DNA from: a plasmid | DNA length: 64,000 nt | Strand: one strand, 5' to 3' | Sequence record: NZ_CP027239.1 | In this document: positions 46,501 through 55,639 of the stretch, one piece after another | How positions within the stretch are numbered: position 1 is the stretch's first letter | Layout of the letters: every line of letters begins with the position of its first letter | The notes under the pieces: model-generated | Database searches by the model: none | Told to the model about the DNA's origin: nothing | What the model saw: the letters and a program-made list of their open reading frames with translations, nothing else | Program-made: the position numbers and the translations under genes

Positions 46501-46661
46501 CTCGGCAGCAGCGCCAAGGCGGCCTTGCCGACACCTCCGGTCGATACCGCGACGGCACCCTCCGCTGCCCGCTTCGCCTGCTTCCTCCCGGCCGACGCCG
46601 CCGCACCCGACGCTCGACCGCGACGGTCGGGTCCGGGTGTGGGGCGTCCGGGGCGAGTCAC
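43524..46661 (-). CDS. multidomain conjugation-associated cell-wall hydrolase (M23 peptidase + transglycosylase-like + SLT-like + NlpC/P60)
   Basis: N-terminal TM. M23 '[20 protein letters not shown]...HLHFGVY'. Transglycosylase-like '[27 protein letters not shown]...W'. SLT-like '[13 protein letters not shown]...[13 protein letters not shown]'. C-terminal NlpC/P60 '[21 protein letters not shown]...HGT'. 1045 aa. Confidence 0.8.
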   Translation of the reverse strand: MTRPGRPTPGPDRRGRASGAAASAGRKQAKRAAEGAVAVSTGGVGKAALALLPSPLDSPDEKAKKKRRRRIIYAAIAAFLVALTFVAFTIVNVVSSAVLGGIISSTAPFNAGQCVEANARGGGADAPRPTRGNGQMGYPVDPDIPETSPFGPRWGSVHDGLDFGGPIGTPIYAVADGVVKESGPASGYGNWIIIEHEIDGEIVDSLYGHMQSDGLHVQAGDQVEAGQHIADIGNEGFSTGAHLHFGVYPGGWAQGAGVDPKPWLDRLREQAPEPEDRDDEDEGSETRSRQVANRQDRGDGQPAGTVTAADWDKLAQCESGGNWSIDTGNGYSGGLQFALETWTAFGGTEYAPTAGQATREQQMEVANKVLAEQGWSAWPACTSGTYPELRELKPAPPGTFVSGSDDDNRGRELPPTPAEVGSEDQLQVDAVRGMRTVVAQFPEVKTIGGWRSNGGGSTDHPSGRAIDAMVPMDSGGRELGDRIADYFIEHAEDLNVVSVIWQQRYWEGGQWSDMADEGDPTQNHMDHVHVSFQGNGAPNADTSYESLGDGPERSEDRSSARLSGSDDELLSMDLTPEQQITIKAIIVKAKESDLDNQAQAAVLAVMLSGHQANFINMDADDNVNKVGIFAQAPFAGTSQQQLMDPMRAAKTFMDRLEEVAADRPGWADEPGQDVLIEMYPERAALEQELERWEPLAAGIVDELWDDENAQAGRRLERLPKEQAGCAVGAGQALNDGAVPPEFVKWIELGAQVCDAIDAPLLAAQLDAESGFNPRAESWVGAQGPAQFMPYTWPQWGSPRDENGKPTGPVGTGDPFKISDAVMAQADFMCALSDQISGWIDDGSVKGDLMELTIAAYNAGPGAVQNAGGMPSGGDYTTQTQPYVAKIMAGREKFAGTGQAGSGRSKKPSGSRAASRGDIGAMALEAARKYEGVPYVWGGKTPAGLDCSGLISIAFRDIGYIVPHGTKAQLEVGQEVPVDEARPGDVVFSRFEGNGPEHVAFVAEPGVSYYEAQMDGVPVGEFQRWADDSVVMRFTADDLEPAPEAA

Positions 46662-46688
46662 CAGTTACTACCTTTCGCGGTCAGCCCC

Positions 46689-47324
46689 TCAGGGGGACAG
46701 TGAAGAAAGACGAGGAGGGAACGGCGCCTTGGCGTCGGCTTCCCGGGCTCCCAGCACGAGCGGGACTCGGCGCCCGTCGGTTTCGACAGCTACGTCGTAG
46801 GTCTTGCTCTCCACCCGGCCCTCGTCCGCTCGCGCGTCAGCGTGATACAGGTGCCGCTCGACCGTGATTCGGGCGATGGACGTCGACTCGTTGACCTCCG
46901 CGACCTGCATGTCTCCGCGCCGCTGGCACCCGATCGCCTGGGTCTCGGTGTTCCACGCCCACGACCAGGAGTCGGTGAACGCGATCCGCTGCTGCTGCAC
47001 GAACTCCTCGGTCGCCAAGCCAGACCACGAGTCGAACCACTCCCGCTGCGGCTGTTGCGCGAAGGTGCGGTAGCACGCCCAGTTGATCGTGAACTTCTCC
47101 ACCGCCAGCTCGACGGCCTCGCGGTCGTCTCCCGGAACCGGTGTCGGCTCAGGCAAGGGAGTGCCGTCCATGCCCGGGGACGGCTGCGCAGCCTGCGTCG
47201 ACGTCTGCAGCTGCGCCGTGGTCGTCCCGACCTCGGCCTCATCGCCTGCGCCGCCACCGGAGCAGCCGGCGAGCGCGATCACTGCGGCGCCCGTCGCGGC
47301 CACCAATGCTGCTTGCCGCCTCAT
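46689..47324 (-). CDS. lipoprotein, hypothetical (T4SS-associated)
   Basis: ATG 47324 (MRRQAALVAATGAAVIALAGCSGG), lipobox. The upstream 75 codons of the ORF are discarded. Confidence 0.55.
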   Translation of the reverse strand: MRRQAALVAATGAAVIALAGCSGGGAGDEAEVGTTTAQLQTSTQAAQPSPGMDGTPLPEPTPVPGDDREAVELAVEKFTINWACYRTFAQQPQREWFDSWSGLATEEFVQQQRIAFTDSWSWAWNTETQAIGCQRRGDMQVAEVNESTSIARITVERHLYHADARADEGRVESKTYDVAVETDGRRVPLVLGAREADAKAPFPPRLSSLSP

Positions 47325-47602
47325 CGCCGCGCCCTTCCCGTTGTCGCCCCTGGTTGATGGGTCCGGTTCCGTCGATCTGCCAGGTTGTGCTTCGCGCGCC
47401 CACCGGCAGCGATCACCGTCGTCATGACCACGTCCAACAGCAGGGCCGCGATCATCACCAGGGACGCGGCCGTCAGCAGGTGCCGCACTTGCTCCGTGCC
47501 TGGTTCCCACCCGGCGAGCAGGACGATCAGGGCGCCCCAGATGAGCCACCGGACCGCGGGTAGGGCGAGCAGCGATCTGGTGCCGCCGCAGCGGGCACTC
47601 AC
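47321..47602 (-). CDS. small membrane protein (2 TM)
   Basis: 93 aa. ATGA overlaps with both neighbours. Confidence 0.5.
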   Translation of the reverse strand: MSARCGGTRSLLALPAVRWLIWGALIVLLAGWEPGTEQVRHLLTAASLVMIAALLLDVVMTTVIAAGGRAKHNLADRRNRTHQPGATTGRARR

Positions 47603-48144
47603 AGGATCACCCCGGCGATGGCCATGATCACGCCGACGACGACGGCCATCCCGACCAGCAGGAACTGGACCGGGATCCCGAACAGGCGGTAGTCCTGGCC
47701 CATCCAGGTCTTCACCGCCAGCGGGTCCGTCAGGCGCCCCACCCTGTTGACGGGGACAGCGTTGCTCCCGTCGTCGTCTTCGTCGTCGTATCCGTCGTAG
47801 TCGCCTCGGCGCCCGTCCAGGGGGAAGTCCTCGATGTCGTTACCTTCGGCCTCCCACTCGGCGATCTGCTGCGCCAGCTGCACGTCCTCGAGCTGGCGCA
47901 GCAGTGCCCGCACTTCCATCGGGCCCAACCCGACGTACACCGTGCCCAGCCGGCCCTCCAGGTCTCCGACGAGCAGCTCCATGACCGACGCGTGGGGGTC
48001 GTCCTCATCGAGCAGGATGTCCACGCTCGCGGCGTCGTTGGCCCACACGGGCGCCTGCGGCGCCGAGGCCACACCGTTGCCGGGGCCAGCCTCACCACCA
48101 GCAGTCGGATTGCCCGGCTGGTCCACCATGTCGTCACTGGTCAT
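47599..48144 (-). CDS. acidic hypothetical protein with C-terminal TM anchor
   Basis: 181 aa. 'GYDDEDDDGS' acidic patch. C-terminal 'FLLVGMAVVVGVIMAIAGVIL'. Confidence 0.5.
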   Translation of the reverse strand: MTSDDMVDQPGNPTAGGEAGPGNGVASAPQAPVWANDAASVDILLDEDDPHASVMELLVGDLEGRLGTVYVGLGPMEVRALLRQLEDVQLAQQIAEWEAEGNDIEDFPLDGRRGDYDGYDDEDDDGSNAVPVNRVGRLTDPLAVKTWMGQDYRLFGIPVQFLLVGMAVVVGVIMAIAGVIL

Positions 48145-48193
48145 CGTTGGTCCTCACGTCGTTGCGTCAGCCAGGCCTTCGGGCCGGTGATGG

Positions 48194-51100
48194 TCACTGG
48201 TTGCCCCTGGGAGGCCTGTTGACTGGGCCGGTCAATCCGAACTGGCGAGCAGTTCTCTCCTGATGCTTGAACCCGTCCCGCTGGGCTTGCCGTGCGACCC
48301 GCTCGGCGCGGATCTGCTCCCGAGCGGCCGCCCGGGCCTGCCGCCGCTGCTTCTCCAGGTCCTTCTCTGCGTCGCGGTCGGCCCGGCCAGCCTGGAACGC
48401 GGCATCGTTGCCGCCCTTCATGCCCCGCATCTGGTCGCGGGCCGACATGCTCATCGCGTCACGAGCGGAGCCGGTGACCTTGGTGATGCCATGCCCGGCG
48501 CGCCGAGCCCCGTAGGCGGTTACTGCGCCGACTTCTCGAGCGCCGGAGACCGTTCCTGCCGCGGCCACCCGCGCCTTATCGCCCACGCTCGCCGTGCCGT
48601 CACTGATACGTGCGCGTGCCGCTTCGGTTTTCGCGGTCGCCTTGTCGACAGCGGGGCGGGCCGCCCACTCCGCGCCCTGCCGGCCCTGACTCGCCGCCCA
48701 GCTGCCCGCGCGGCCGGTCGCCTTCGCACCGCCGATGGTTGCTGCTCGTCCCGCGCGCGCTCCGCTTCGAGCCACCGAACTGGCAGCCGATCCGGCGGCA
48801 CCCATCGCCGCCCCACCGGCCTTGGACCCGGCCTTGTAGCCGGCGTAGCCCACCACTGCCGCGGGCGCCGCGCCAGCGATCCGCCCGTAGCGGGCCACGT
48901 TGGGGGCCTTGTCTGCGGCCGAGTTCTGGATCTTCTGGATCAGCATCCACGTGGCGACCAGCACCAAGATGGTCCACAGGATCTTGATGCCGGTGTTGAT
49001 CTGCATCGCGAACACGATGGAGATGACCCAGATCATCAGCGTCATGGCGAAGCCGTACAGGACCCGTTGCGCGAACGTCGACAGCACGTTCGCGAGCCAC
49101 TCCTGCGCGACCTTCGCCTTGCCGGGGTATACCGCCCACAGCAGCTGGAACAGGCCCATGACGAACAGGGCCCACAGCCAGGCGTGCCACATCAGGGTGA
49201 TCACGCCCATGCTGCCCAGCCCGATTCCGGTGACGACGACACCGATGATCGACGAGAAGGCCTGCGCCACGTGGGGGAAAGAGCCCTGGCCGCGGTAGGC
49301 GGCGACGATGTCGGTGGCCTCGCTCGGGTACATGCCGCCGCCGTTTTCGGCCTGGTAGTACAGGTCGGAGGCGACCGCGTGGTACGGCTCGCAGCGGGCG
49401 AGAACCTCGTAGTCAACCTCGTCGTCACCGGTGTCGACGCCGGCGTCGTCCAGGCATGCCTGCATCCTGGCCGCGATGCTGGGGCCTCCCGCCTGGGCGA
49501 TCAGGTACGACCGCATGTCGCCACAGCCGATGCCGTTGAAGTCGGGGACGTTGTTGTAGCAGGGCAGTCCGGCTTCTTCGCTTCCGCCGCTGCCCTGGTC
49601 CATGGCGGGTTCTGCGTCGACTCGGGGGTCGGAGAACCTGGTCGCTTCGGTAGCGGTCGGGATCGGGTTTGCTCCGGCCAGCCCGAACTGTCCGATCGCC
49701 CATGGCTTGTACGCCAAGGACTCGGCGAGGATGCAGGAGGTGATCCGCTGCCCCGGCGCCACCGGGGAGACGTCGGAGCCTGCGGAGGTGGGCCGCTGGC
49801 ACATGGACACCTCGTTGGTGTCGACCATCGAGAACACCGCCTCAGCGAAGGCGTTGTTGAGCCCTCCGGCCGTGGTGTCGAGGAACTCGGCCGTCATGTA
49901 GAAGCCGTTGCTGTTGGGGTTGTCCCAGCTGGCTGCCGCGACGCCCATGTAGGTGAACCCCGCCAGGACACACACCAGCAGTGATCCGGCGACGTCGCCG
50001 AGGCCTTGGCGCAGTCCCTCGTTGCCGCGGGTGGCCCTGATGCCGATGGCCAGGCCGGCGACCATGAACATGACGCCGGCCATGGGCAGGAAGAACATCG
50101 AGAACACTTCGGCGACCAGGGGGTTGGCCCGGTCGTACAGCATCTCTAGAGGGTTCGCTACCTGCGACCATTCCTTGAACGCCAGGGTGGTTTGCAGCCC
50201 GTAGACGGTGACCTTGAACAGCATGTTGCCGGTCATCACCGACACCCATTGGGGGAAGCTGCACATGGAGTCGCCCATGTTGTCTTTCTGCCAGTTCACC
50301 CATTTGAGTCCGCGTAGACCGGCGATCTCGTACAGCGTGTAGTCCTCGAGAGAGAAGTTTGTCGCGCTGCTCGCTTTGGTGAAGTTGGTGGCCACGTCGG
50401 CGTACCGCGGGGGTTGCTCATTCGCGGGCAGGCCGGGCTTCTCGGCACCTCCGAAGTTGATGTTGGAGATCATGTTCTCCGGACCCGTCCCGATCGGCTC
50501 GTTGGACAGGTTCGGGGCCGACATTGAACAGGTGACGTCGTCCATCATTCCGCCGACGGCCCTGGTGAACGCGTTTCCGTTGGCGGTGCCGGGGTTGACC
50601 AGCGCCAGGGACAGTCCCATGAGTCCGACGACGAGGCTCACCGCCGCCGCTCGCAGCGCGCGGCGCCACCCGCGCGGCCGGGCCTCCGGTGCGACCTTGC
50701 GGATCCGCAGCCCCACCGCCGTCAGGGCCGCCACCATGCCGACCAGGACGACGACACCGCGCCAGCTCGTTCCGGTGGACCACACCGCCGAGGGCAGGGT
50801 GGCCAGCATGACGCTGTGGCCGACTGTGGCTGTCCATCCTCGGTGCACGCCCGTGGACGGCATGAGCCAGGCGCACGCCGACACCGCGAGGAACACCGCC
50901 GGGTAGACCAGGGCGAGCTCGTCGACGCCGATGAGCATCCACACCGGGTTCATCGCGGTGGCGGTGATCATCACCAAGCTGGTCGCCGCAACGGTGGAGG
51001 CGATCGTGCCGGTCAACTGGGGCGCGGTGCGGTAGCCGACGACGGTTCCGGCGATGGCGACTGCCACGACACCGAACACGACCAGGCCCGCGGTGCCGGC

Positions 51101-51238
51101 GACAGCGTGGGCGTGCCACAGCAGCACCGCCGCAACCCCGACGGCCAGGATTGCCTGGTAGATCGCCCGGGCGTGCCGGTCCACCCACGCCAGGGCGCGG
51201 TCCGGTCCGGCGATCAGGGCCGCAGCAGTACGGGCCAC
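48194..51238 (-). CDS. large polytopic membrane protein, VirB6/TrbL-like conjugal-transfer component (inferred)
   Basis: 1014 aa. GTG 51238 with RBS GAGGAGG. More than 10 predicted TM helices spread over 750 aa, then an Ala/Arg/Gly-rich low-complexity tail. Position next to the VirB4-like gene. Confidence 0.6.
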   Translation of the reverse strand: MARTAAALIAGPDRALAWVDRHARAIYQAILAVGVAAVLLWHAHAVAGTAGLVVFGVVAVAIAGTVVGYRTAPQLTGTIASTVAATSLVMITATAMNPVWMLIGVDELALVYPAVFLAVSACAWLMPSTGVHRGWTATVGHSVMLATLPSAVWSTGTSWRGVVVLVGMVAALTAVGLRIRKVAPEARPRGWRRALRAAAVSLVVGLMGLSLALVNPGTANGNAFTRAVGGMMDDVTCSMSAPNLSNEPIGTGPENMISNINFGGAEKPGLPANEQPPRYADVATNFTKASSATNFSLEDYTLYEIAGLRGLKWVNWQKDNMGDSMCSFPQWVSVMTGNMLFKVTVYGLQTTLAFKEWSQVANPLEMLYDRANPLVAEVFSMFFLPMAGVMFMVAGLAIGIRATRGNEGLRQGLGDVAGSLLVCVLAGFTYMGVAAASWDNPNSNGFYMTAEFLDTTAGGLNNAFAEAVFSMVDTNEVSMCQRPTSAGSDVSPVAPGQRITSCILAESLAYKPWAIGQFGLAGANPIPTATEATRFSDPRVDAEPAMDQGSGGSEEAGLPCYNNVPDFNGIGCGDMRSYLIAQAGGPSIAARMQACLDDAGVDTGDDEVDYEVLARCEPYHAVASDLYYQAENGGGMYPSEATDIVAAYRGQGSFPHVAQAFSSIIGVVVTGIGLGSMGVITLMWHAWLWALFVMGLFQLLWAVYPGKAKVAQEWLANVLSTFAQRVLYGFAMTLMIWVISIVFAMQINTGIKILWTILVLVATWMLIQKIQNSAADKAPNVARYGRIAGAAPAAVVGYAGYKAGSKAGGAAMGAAGSAASSVARSGARAGRAATIGGAKATGRAGSWAASQGRQGAEWAARPAVDKATAKTEAARARISDGTASVGDKARVAAAGTVSGAREVGAVTAYGARRAGHGITKVTGSARDAMSMSARDQMRGMKGGNDAAFQAGRADRDAEKDLEKQRRQARAAAREQIRAERVARQAQRDGFKHQERTARQFGLTGPVNRPPRGNQ

Positions 51239-51372
51239 GTGGTGCCTCCTCGTCGCCCGCAGGAGTCCACGCTCGACGCTCCCTGGGGCTCAGTTTGTTC
51301 CGATAGGGAAGATCGTCCCATGTGGGCATGCCGCGCAGCGCTCACCGGACTCTGCGGCGGGCGACTATGCGG

Positions 51373-54300
51373 TTAGGCGAGTTCTGCTTCCAGGTAGTCG
51401 TCCCAGTCGTCCATCTCGAACACGGCCGAGGTTGTGGCCCGGTGCTCTGCGAGGACGCCCCGGACGACGCCGGTGCGGAGCATGTCGCGGGTGGAGGGGT
51501 CGGTGGTCCAGTCCTTGCCCTGCGGGCTGATGGGGCGGTTCTGCACGGTGGAGCGCACGTTCGGGTTGGTCTCCACCGCCGCCCACAGCTCGTTGAAGAG
51601 CATGTCGGTGTGGATCGGGCCGACCCGGCCGTCGACGTCCTTCATCACGCAGCGCCCGGTGCCGAGGATCCCCTCGGCCTTGGTCAGTCTCCGTGCCAGG
51701 TCTCGCACTACCGCGGGGTCTTCGTCGGCGACTGATCCGCGCAGCAGCCGCAGGGCGGCCATCGCTTCGGCGTCGGAGTCCTGCCAGAACGCGAAGATCG
51801 TCGGGAACTGGTTGGTGGACACCTCGTCTCCCTCACCGGTGTTGGACTGCAGCGCCGCGATGTCCGAGGCCTGCTGCGAGATGAACACCACCACGAAGTT
51901 GAACGAGCGGCCCTGCCGCAGCGCAACCTGAATCAGGTCGCGGCCGGCGGGGATGCGGGTGATCATGTAGCCCTCGTCCACGAACAGAGCGCGGGGGCGG
52001 CGTTGCGGCGGGGCGTCGGCCGGGCCGTTCGGCTTGACCACCTGCCGCACCGACTGCAGTACATCGGAGATCCGGTAGAGGGCGGTGAACAGTGCCGCGG
52101 AGGCGTTGCGTTCCCGCGGTGACCACTCGTTCGGGTCGTCCTTCTTGGGCGGCTCGACACCGCGCAGGGTGATCACGGTTCTCCGCTTATCCAGGGTGCG
52201 CAGACGGCCGTCACCGGCCTCGTCACCGGTGCTGAACAGCAGTTTCGAGTAGTCCTCTTCGGCGGCACGGTTGAGCCGGTCGGCGACCGCCTGCAGATCC
52301 TTGATGCGGTCCCCGATCGACAGTCGCTCGGTGGCGGCCATGCCCTTGACCTGATCAGGCCCGAGGAACTCGCTGTTGAGGTTCTCGATCTCATCGCCGA
52401 TGTACTCGGCGATGCGGCGCATACCGATGGGGAAGTCCACCCCGTCGGCGGCAGCCCGGTCGTAGTCGGACTGCAGCTGCTGCAGTGCTCGCTCGACGAT
52501 CTTGCGCTCCGCCGGGTCCACGATCAGCTGCTGCAGAACCTCTCGGGCCAGGGACGCTCCCCGCCGCACGTCGTCGCACAGGACGAACGGATCGAGCATT
52601 CCGGCGTTGCCTCGCCACAGGTCGATGAGGTCGGTGTTGTCCCAGAAGTCGCGGTTGACGACGGTGAACTTGGAGTTCGGGCCGCCGAGTGGGGAGTCGA
52701 CGGCCTGGGTCTCTTCCTCAAATTGCGGGTCGGACACCTGGTCGCCGAAGGCGATGTAATGGCAGAACGCCTCGAAGTCGTTCTTCGGGTCTGCCACGAC
52801 TGTCTGCACCCCGGACTCCGATAGCCAGAAGAACAGCATCAGGGCCAGCGACGACTTACCGGATCCGGAGGCGCCGATGATGGCGACACCGCCGGCGTTG
52901 TTTCGGGCGATGGCCACGTGCGGGTCGAAGTGCACGATGGCGCCGTTCTCTGCGCTGTAGCCGATCATGTGTCCCAGCCAGCCCTTGGTCATGCCGCCGA
53001 TGAACTCGGCGCGGTCGCCGACTGTCGGGGTGGAATCCAGGCGGGGCAGGGCGAGAGCTTGCAGGCTCGACCAGCGTTCACCGATGTCGAGACCGCCGGC
53101 CCGCTTGGACAGGTACTTCTTGCCGATTCGTTCGACGTTGACCTGGCCGGGGAGCTGCTCCTCGAGCAGCGCCAGCTGAACGCCGCGCTTGCGCTCCAGG
53201 GTCATGGTGCTGACTGCGTTCTTGACCTCGCGCACCGCATCGGACAGTGCGTTCAGGGTCGGTGCGGCCACGACCAGACGCAGCTGTCCGATCATCACCG
53301 GCTCGGGCTCGAGTTGCAGTTTGGCGTGCAGCTCTTCGGCGGCATCCCAGGTGCGGTCGAACTTAAGGTCACCGGTGGGGGCGTCGGCAGGGTTGTTGGC
53401 TGCCTGATTGCGGTTGGCGGCCTCGTCGCGCAGGTCCTCGATCTTCTTCTTCGCGAACTTCTGCCACGCCTTCTCGCTCATCAGCGCGAACCGCCAGGAC
53501 ACCTCGACCGGGTAGGGCAGGTCTCGAAGCACCTTGCCCCAGGCGGAAGATTCGCCGAACTCCATGTGGGCGTCGGGAACGTTCGACACCGTCAGGGTGG
53601 TGATGTACGACCGCCGCGGGATCCCGTTGGCCGGGTCCGGCTCGAGCACCTCAACGGCGTCGGGCAGTACCCGGCCCGTCAGTACGGCCCACCGGTCGAA
53701 CCATGAGGCACGCCACGGGCGGGTTGCCGAGTAGCCGATCTCGGCTTCGGGCTGGAAGTGCCCCGACACGGTCTTGCGTACCAGCCACGACAGGTCGGCC
53801 CGGTCCATCGGCAGGGCCCCGTACTGGGACATGCGGTCGTAGAACTGCCGGGCGCGGTTACGGATGAACGCCAGTTCGTGGGCTTCGTAGTGCTCGTCGG
53901 CGATGCCGTCGTTCATCAGCGCAGACAGCGGATCGACCGTGGTCTGTCCCTTGATCACGCCGATGCGCACCATGATCATGCGTCGCCGCTCCGGGGTGGA
54001 ATCGGCGATGTGTGGCGCCACTCCGCTGCTCACCAGGTCGCTGAACAGGGCTGACGGGTTCCACGCCTGCTCGCTGTACTGCTTCTCCCAGCGGGCGACA
54101 TTCGCCGGCTGGAATCGGACGGTCTCGTGGCAGCGAACCTCGGTGAAGCCCTTCTCCCCCAGCTGCTGCATGAACCGCAAGATGCCGGCGTAGAGGTCGT
54201 TGAGGTGGCCGACGATGGCGACCTGCTCACTGGCCGTGCGGAAGGAGTCCTGGGTCGACTCGGGGACGATCCCGACCCAGACCTCGCCGCCGGAGATGAA

Positions 54301-54543
54301 GAAGAACGGGTCGTCCTCGGCGTAGGAGTAGTTGAGGCGTTTCTCCTGCTTGCGGGTCTTGCGCTGATCGACCAGGCGGTTGATCATCTCCTCGGTGCTC
54401 TCTCCGTCGTGCTCTACGGATGAGCCCTTGGGGGCGACGGTCTTGCCTCGCTTATGCCGCCACGGCGCGATCACCTTGACGACCAGCACGACACCGATCA
54501 CGAAGACGGCGACGAAGCCGAGAATGAGCAGGGGGAACGACAT
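51373..54543 (-). CDS. VirB4/TraC/TcpF-like conjugative ATPase
   Basis: 1056 aa. N-terminal TM. Walker A 'IIGASGSGKSSLALMLFFW', Walker B 'ALFVDEGYMI'. RBS GAGGAGAG. Confidence 0.8.
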   Translation of the reverse strand: MSFPLLILGFVAVFVIGVVLVVKVIAPWRHKRGKTVAPKGSSVEHDGESTEEMINRLVDQRKTRKQEKRLNYSYAEDDPFFFISGGEVWVGIVPESTQDSFRTASEQVAIVGHLNDLYAGILRFMQQLGEKGFTEVRCHETVRFQPANVARWEKQYSEQAWNPSALFSDLVSSGVAPHIADSTPERRRMIMVRIGVIKGQTTVDPLSALMNDGIADEHYEAHELAFIRNRARQFYDRMSQYGALPMDRADLSWLVRKTVSGHFQPEAEIGYSATRPWRASWFDRWAVLTGRVLPDAVEVLEPDPANGIPRRSYITTLTVSNVPDAHMEFGESSAWGKVLRDLPYPVEVSWRFALMSEKAWQKFAKKKIEDLRDEAANRNQAANNPADAPTGDLKFDRTWDAAEELHAKLQLEPEPVMIGQLRLVVAAPTLNALSDAVREVKNAVSTMTLERKRGVQLALLEEQLPGQVNVERIGKKYLSKRAGGLDIGERWSSLQALALPRLDSTPTVGDRAEFIGGMTKGWLGHMIGYSAENGAIVHFDPHVAIARNNAGGVAIIGASGSGKSSLALMLFFWLSESGVQTVVADPKNDFEAFCHYIAFGDQVSDPQFEEETQAVDSPLGGPNSKFTVVNRDFWDNTDLIDLWRGNAGMLDPFVLCDDVRRGASLAREVLQQLIVDPAERKIVERALQQLQSDYDRAAADGVDFPIGMRRIAEYIGDEIENLNSEFLGPDQVKGMAATERLSIGDRIKDLQAVADRLNRAAEEDYSKLLFSTGDEAGDGRLRTLDKRRTVITLRGVEPPKKDDPNEWSPRERNASAALFTALYRISDVLQSVRQVVKPNGPADAPPQRRPRALFVDEGYMITRIPAGRDLIQVALRQGRSFNFVVVFISQQASDIAALQSNTGEGDEVSTNQFPTIFAFWQDSDAEAMAALRLLRGSVADEDPAVVRDLARRLTKAEGILGTGRCVMKDVDGRVGPIHTDMLFNELWAAVETNPNVRSTVQNRPISPQGKDWTTDPSTRDMLRTGVVRGVLAEHRATTSAVFEMDDWDDYLEAELA

Positions 54544-54545
54544 GA

Positions 54546-55139
54546 CTATCTCTCCTCAGGTCCGTACATCTCGTCCAGTAGCTCTCCGCCGGATTCCCAC
54601 CACACCCGTCGCTGCCACTGCTCGATCGACTCGTAGGCGGCCGGCCACATCCGGCCCTGGACCGGTTCGATCGGGGCGTCCGCGGTGAAGCCGTAGTGCT
54701 CGTACTGCCGCACCGGCAGCGCTGGCCCTTTGGCTCCTGCGGGGCGGGCCACGATCGCCACCCAGGCGAAGTGGGTCGGCTCCCGGTCCTCCGCCATGCC
54801 GGCGATCTGCTTGGGCTGCTTCGCGATCCGCACGACCAGCAGCTGTATCCGCTGCATGAAGGTCTCTCGGCCTTCGGTGTCACGCTGTGCGACCCAGTAC
54901 ACCGCCACCCATATGCACAGAAGGATCGGCGCCGAGAACCACGCCGAGACCGGCACCAGCGCCATCCACCCGAGCACGATGGGTGTCCCAACTACCGCGG
55001 TGGCCGCCACGCCCCATCCGGCCGCGGGCAAGTCCAGTCCCCCGCCGGGCAGGCCTGACATATCAATGTCGTTGGCGGTCGCCATCCGGCGCCGGTGATG
55101 CACGATCGCGGTGTAGTCCGTGGCGTACGGTGCGTTCAT
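54546..55139 (-). CDS. membrane protein (2 TM), VirB3-like position
   Basis: 197 aa. 'AATAVVGTPIVLGWMALVPVSAWFSAPILLCIWVAVYWV'. Confidence 0.5.
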   Translation of the reverse strand: MNAPYATDYTAIVHHRRRMATANDIDMSGLPGGGLDLPAAGWGVAATAVVGTPIVLGWMALVPVSAWFSAPILLCIWVAVYWVAQRDTEGRETFMQRIQLLVVRIAKQPKQIAGMAEDREPTHFAWVAIVARPAGAKGPALPVRQYEHYGFTADAPIEPVQGRMWPAAYESIEQWQRRVWWESGGELLDEMYGPEER

Positions 55140-55214
55140 CTCGCCTGGCCTTTCCGTCGTGCGTCCTGCGCTGATTGCTGCGGCAGATAGTGACGCTCTG
55201 CCGCGGCCAGGTCA

Positions 55215-55577
55215 CTAACCGAGCTCGCCACCGAACTGCATGGCGAAGCCGACGAGCGTGGCGCCGCCACCGATGATCAGGCCGGCGATCAGCAGCCCGG
55301 ACAGCGACGACAGGGCCTCTCGGATGCCGCCGCCTTCCTTGCTGGTCACGGCCTTCCAGCCGACGACAATGCCGACGAGCACGACGCAGATCGCCAGGAT
55401 GAGCAGGCCGGCGTTGCGGACGAACTCGCCGATCTGGCGCAGCACACCGTAGAAGCCCTCCGCTCCCTGTCCGCCGCCACCGCCGCCGCCGCCGTCGGTG
55501 GGGGCCGGCGCCTGCTGGGCGAGGTAGGTGATGTTCTGAGCCATGTCGGGGTTCGCCAGGATGTCTACGAGGGACAT
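55215..55577 (-). CDS. small 2-TM protein, pilin-like (VirB2/TrbC-like by size and topology)
   Basis: 120 aa. Gly run, then two hydrophobic helices (LLILAICVVLVGIVVGW / LLIAGLIIGGGATLVGFAM). Confidence 0.45.
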   Translation of the reverse strand: MSLVDILANPDMAQNITYLAQQAPAPTDGGGGGGGGQGAEGFYGVLRQIGEFVRNAGLLILAICVVLVGIVVGWKAVTSKEGGGIREALSSLSGLLIAGLIIGGGATLVGFAMQFGGELG

Positions 55578-55639
55578 TGGGTGCTCCTTTGCAGTGGTGG
55601 ACGGCTCCTGGGTGGAGCCGCGAGTGTTCAGTCAGCCGG

